A stretch of 36,266 bases of DNA from a virus. Lineage: Duplodnaviria; Caudoviricetes. Shown here in pieces: positions 33,743-36,266 of the stretch (its first letter is position 1; each line of letters starts with the position of its first letter). The notes under the pieces were generated by a model, which did no database searches, was not told the origin of the DNA, and saw only the letters and a program-made list of their open reading frames with translations. The stretch covers positions 1 to 36,266 of IMG/VR virus record IMGVR_UViG_3300047669_001621, one strand, 5' to 3'. Both the position numbers and the translations under genes were made by a program.

Positions 33743-35997
33743 TGGTAAATTTAGAAATACTCAAGAAGTATGGGTGTACCCAAGAACGCTTGCGCCAAAT
33801 CTTCACGTGCGAAGACATGGACGGCGCCGACTGGAAAATAAAGGAGGGGTTCACTGAAGAGATAGAGAGTCGAATATATGAGGGTATCGCGTGGTCCGCC
33901 GCAAATGCCGAACCATATATGGCCGCCGATCTGGCGTGGGACAGTCAAATCATAAACAAGACGTCCGTACCACTGATGCTTTATGCTCAGGGCAAGATAT
34001 CCATGTCCCAGTGCGGAGACAAGCTCGCCAACCTCGGGTGTGCGGATGAGTTCTGTGACAGGGACGAGACCGGGGAAATTAAGAATATTAACGTCGTTAG
34101 GCTGTACGAGGTGTCGATGAACCTCATCAGGTCTTACGTTACCCGAAGGGTTGCCGCTCAGGTAGCTAGGTTTAATAACCTGTATCCATATTTCAAATAC
34201 GAGCCTAGGTCCACTTCCCTTACGGCGAAGTGCCGGGGGGACGCTCTTAGCCAGAGGGTTGAGATCATGGTGGATCAGTTCGGGATGAGGCACAACAACA
34301 CCCAGTACATAAGGGATATGTTTATGTATGGGCATACAGTTGTCTTCCCTCGGGAATCATGGACGAGGGACGTGCAGTGGAGGAAGGCTAGGAACGAGTT
34401 TGGGGAAACGGAAGAGCTTGAGTCCGTCGTAACCCGGGAGGGCTTGGAATTCATAAATCCGCATCCAACTAGGGTGTTTAGGGATTTGTCTGCTCCCCTT
34501 GCCGGAGTAAACACCGAGACCGGCCCCCAGTGGCTCGGATACTGGGATGTAGTTAATTATAGTTCTATCAAGGACAATCCTGAATATTGGAATATAACCG
34601 ACGTCGGGTACGAAAGCACCCTGTTTGGTTTGTATAACCAATATCAGCAGTTCTTCTCTTACTATTATCCGCCGTCCGTGCTTAGATGGCCCTCCCCTAA
34701 GGCCGCCGCGAAATCAGTCTTCACTCCATTCCAGAACGAAAGAACCAGCAATACCGGGATATACTCTGCCGCTGACGGAGATAAGGGGGTTTTCCTTACG
34801 AATCTTTTTATGAAGATCAATCCTCGCGATAGAGGCATAGGCAATTATCCGTTCGACGTATGGCTTCGGTTGGTGGTGGCCAGCGACAACACGGTGGTTT
34901 TCGCCGAGTTCCTTCCGTCTGTCCCCGCCGTATATGGCGGGCTGAACGAGAATGACTCAAGGGTGGTGAACAACAGTATGGCAATGGAAATTATGCCGTA
35001 TCAGGATCAACTCACGAACATCCTGAGCCAAATGTTGTTGAACATGAAGATAGGCTTAACCCAAATATGGGCAGTGGACAAGGATGCCCTCGATGAGAGT
35101 ACGCGCGATTATATCGAAACCGCGATGAAGGCAGGGGATTACTATGTCAATCCGAAGCTACTTATGTATTCAGGGCAGAGGATGGGTGACCTTGGGTTGG
35201 ATGCGAAGAACTTCGTGAACGTAGTGCAGGCGGATATGGGTAACACCATAAATAATTCCATGCAGGCGATAAACCAACTCCTTGGGATCGTCGAGCGAAT
35301 GCTCGTCCTTTCCCCGCAGGAGGTCGGGCAGCCGGCGCCGAGAGAAATTTCCGCCACCGAGGTGCAGGAGATAAGCACGTCGGTTGAGAGCATCTACTCG
35401 TTTGTGAGCGAGGGGATAGACGAGATGAGGGCTGGAATAAAAAAGATGCTATACGAGCATCTAGTGGCCTGCAGTACTTCGGAGTTTGATGTTCCAATCA
35501 AAAACAGGTACTCGTCAAGCGTTATCGAGGATGCAGGATTCACTCCCTCGGATGAGAACTATGACACAGCTGAGCCAATGGCCAGGAACGTCTTGGGGAC
35601 GCCGGCTACTTTAGTCCATGAGTATTTATTCAGCAGTAGAGACGGCCCTGAGCGTGCGATCAACGTAAAGTCCGCCGAGACACTGACCAACCTACTTGGC
35701 CAGATATTGCAAATTCCTCCAGTGATTGAGGCCGTTGGCAAGCGTAGGCTGTTCGATATTATAAACGAGATTTTCAGAAAGTCAGGCGCGGGCTTCGACA
35801 TCAAGCTTGAACTCGAAGAGGGCGAGGCTGCGGAATTACCTTCGGAGCAACCCCCTCCCGGCGGAGCCATGCCTCAAGAGATGCCGCCTCAAGCCATGCC
35901 GCCTCAAGCCATGCCGCCTCAAGAGATGCCACCTCAAGCCATGCCGCCCGAGATGGCACCGCCGCAACCACAACCACCGCAACCCGTCACTCAATGA
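33742..35997 (+). CDS. Portal protein (probable)
   Basis: About 750 aa downstream of terL; NLIRSYV, DMFMYGH, INP..VFRD, PYQDQLTNILSQ, SATEV (podovirus portal TATEV-like) and a Pro/Gln/Met-rich tail. Confidence 0.8.
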   Translation: MVNLEILKKYGCTQERLRQIFTCEDMDGADWKIKEGFTEEIESRIYEGIAWSAANAEPYMAADLAWDSQIINKTSVPLMLYAQGKISMSQCGDKLANLGCADEFCDRDETGEIKNINVVRLYEVSMNLIRSYVTRRVAAQVARFNNLYPYFKYEPRSTSLTAKCRGDALSQRVEIMVDQFGMRHNNTQYIRDMFMYGHTVVFPRESWTRDVQWRKARNEFGETEELESVVTREGLEFINPHPTRVFRDLSAPLAGVNTETGPQWLGYWDVVNYSSIKDNPEYWNITDVGYESTLFGLYNQYQQFFSYYYPPSVLRWPSPKAAAKSVFTPFQNERTSNTGIYSAADGDKGVFLTNLFMKINPRDRGIGNYPFDVWLRLVVASDNTVVFAEFLPSVPAVYGGLNENDSRVVNNSMAMEIMPYQDQLTNILSQMLLNMKIGLTQIWAVDKDALDESTRDYIETAMKAGDYYVNPKLLMYSGQRMGDLGLDAKNFVNVVQADMGNTINNSMQAINQLLGIVERMLVLSPQEVGQPAPREISATEVQEISTSVESIYSFVSEGIDEMRAGIKKMLYEHLVACSTSEFDVPIKNRYSSSVIEDAGFTPSDENYDTAEPMARNVLGTPATLVHEYLFSSRDGPERAINVKSAETLTNLLGQILQIPPVIEAVGKRRLFDIINEIFRKSGAGFDIKLELEEGEAAELPSEQPPPGGAMPQEMPPQAMPPQAMPPQEMPPQAMPPEMAPPQPQPPQPVTQ
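35869..35949 (+). repeat. 15-nt tandem repeat encoding MPPQ(A/E)
   Basis: ATGCCRCCTCAAG(CC/AG) four times at 35881-35940, with partial copies on both sides. Confidence 0.95.
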
Positions 35998-36266
35998 GCG
36001 AAGAAAACACCACCCCCTCGGCCTTAATGTCGGCACTTTATGATGCCGCCGAAACCGATACGCCTATAATTGAAACTCAACCAACTCGCTCAAGGTCTCT
36101 TGGGGAGATACTAAGGGAAGGCTCAGCCGCCGAGCCAGCTCCCAGCCCCATCAAGATGGCCGAACCAAAGCCAGCAGTGGGGCAGAGGCAGGTTGACCTT
36201 CAGCCAACTCAGCCAACTCAGCCAACTCCGGCTCAGCTGGTTCAACCGGTTCGGTCGGTTCAGCCA
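35994..36266 (+). CDS. Scaffold-like protein, 3'-truncated
   Basis: ATGA overlap with the portal stop; MSEENTTPSALMSALYDAAETD... is open to the window end; Pro/Gln-rich. Confidence 0.55.
   Translation, partial: MSEENTTPSALMSALYDAAETDTPIIETQPTRSRSLGEILREGSAAEPAPSPIKMAEPKPAVGQRQVDLQPTQPTQPTPAQLVQPVRSVQP
36201..36227 (+). repeat. 9-nt tandem repeat CAGCCAACT x3 (QPT)
   Basis: Three exact copies followed by degenerate 9-mers. Confidence 0.9.

Larger units (their letters stand above)
1..36266. mobile_element. Tailed dsDNA phage genome segment (probably temperate)
   Basis: Terminase large subunit, portal-position gene, DnaB/initiator, Sak, tyrosine recombinase, dense ATGA/GTGA-coupled small genes; no host housekeeping genes. 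Confidence 0.95.

Overview
The window is part of a tailed dsDNA bacteriophage genome (podovirus-like layout, probably temperate). The host cannot be determined from the sequence. Five gene blocks alternate in strand. (1) + 1-8929: 3' end of a very large virion protein, a lysis-like membrane/lipoprotein cluster, a Cys-rich protein and a lower-GC five-gene cassette (three glycosyltransferases, a DUF6625-like protein, a sulfotransferase). (2) - 9338-23243: long early-type operon of many small unknown genes, a MoxR/CobS-like AAA ATPase with vWA-like partner, a ligase adenylation domain, a SNF2 helicase, a thioredoxin and a tyrosine recombinase. About 1.1 kb near its 5' end is a densely structured, mostly non-coding tract. 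(3) + 23566-24951: small operon with two PD-(D/E)xK nucleases, preceded by a G-rich tract and a sigma70 promoter. (4) - 24923-29911: replication/recombination module (RHH regulator, Sak, Cas4-like exonuclease, RusA-like resolvase split over two frames, initiator, DnaB, SSB-like protein, sigma70 region-4 HTH). (5) + 30009-end: HTH protein, terminase subunits, portal and start of a scaffold-like gene. Most notable: the candidate structured-RNA cluster with a covarying repeated motif, the dual-frame RusA, the glycosylation/sulfation cassette and the ligase lacking an OB domain. All family calls come from motifs recognised by eye; no searches were run.
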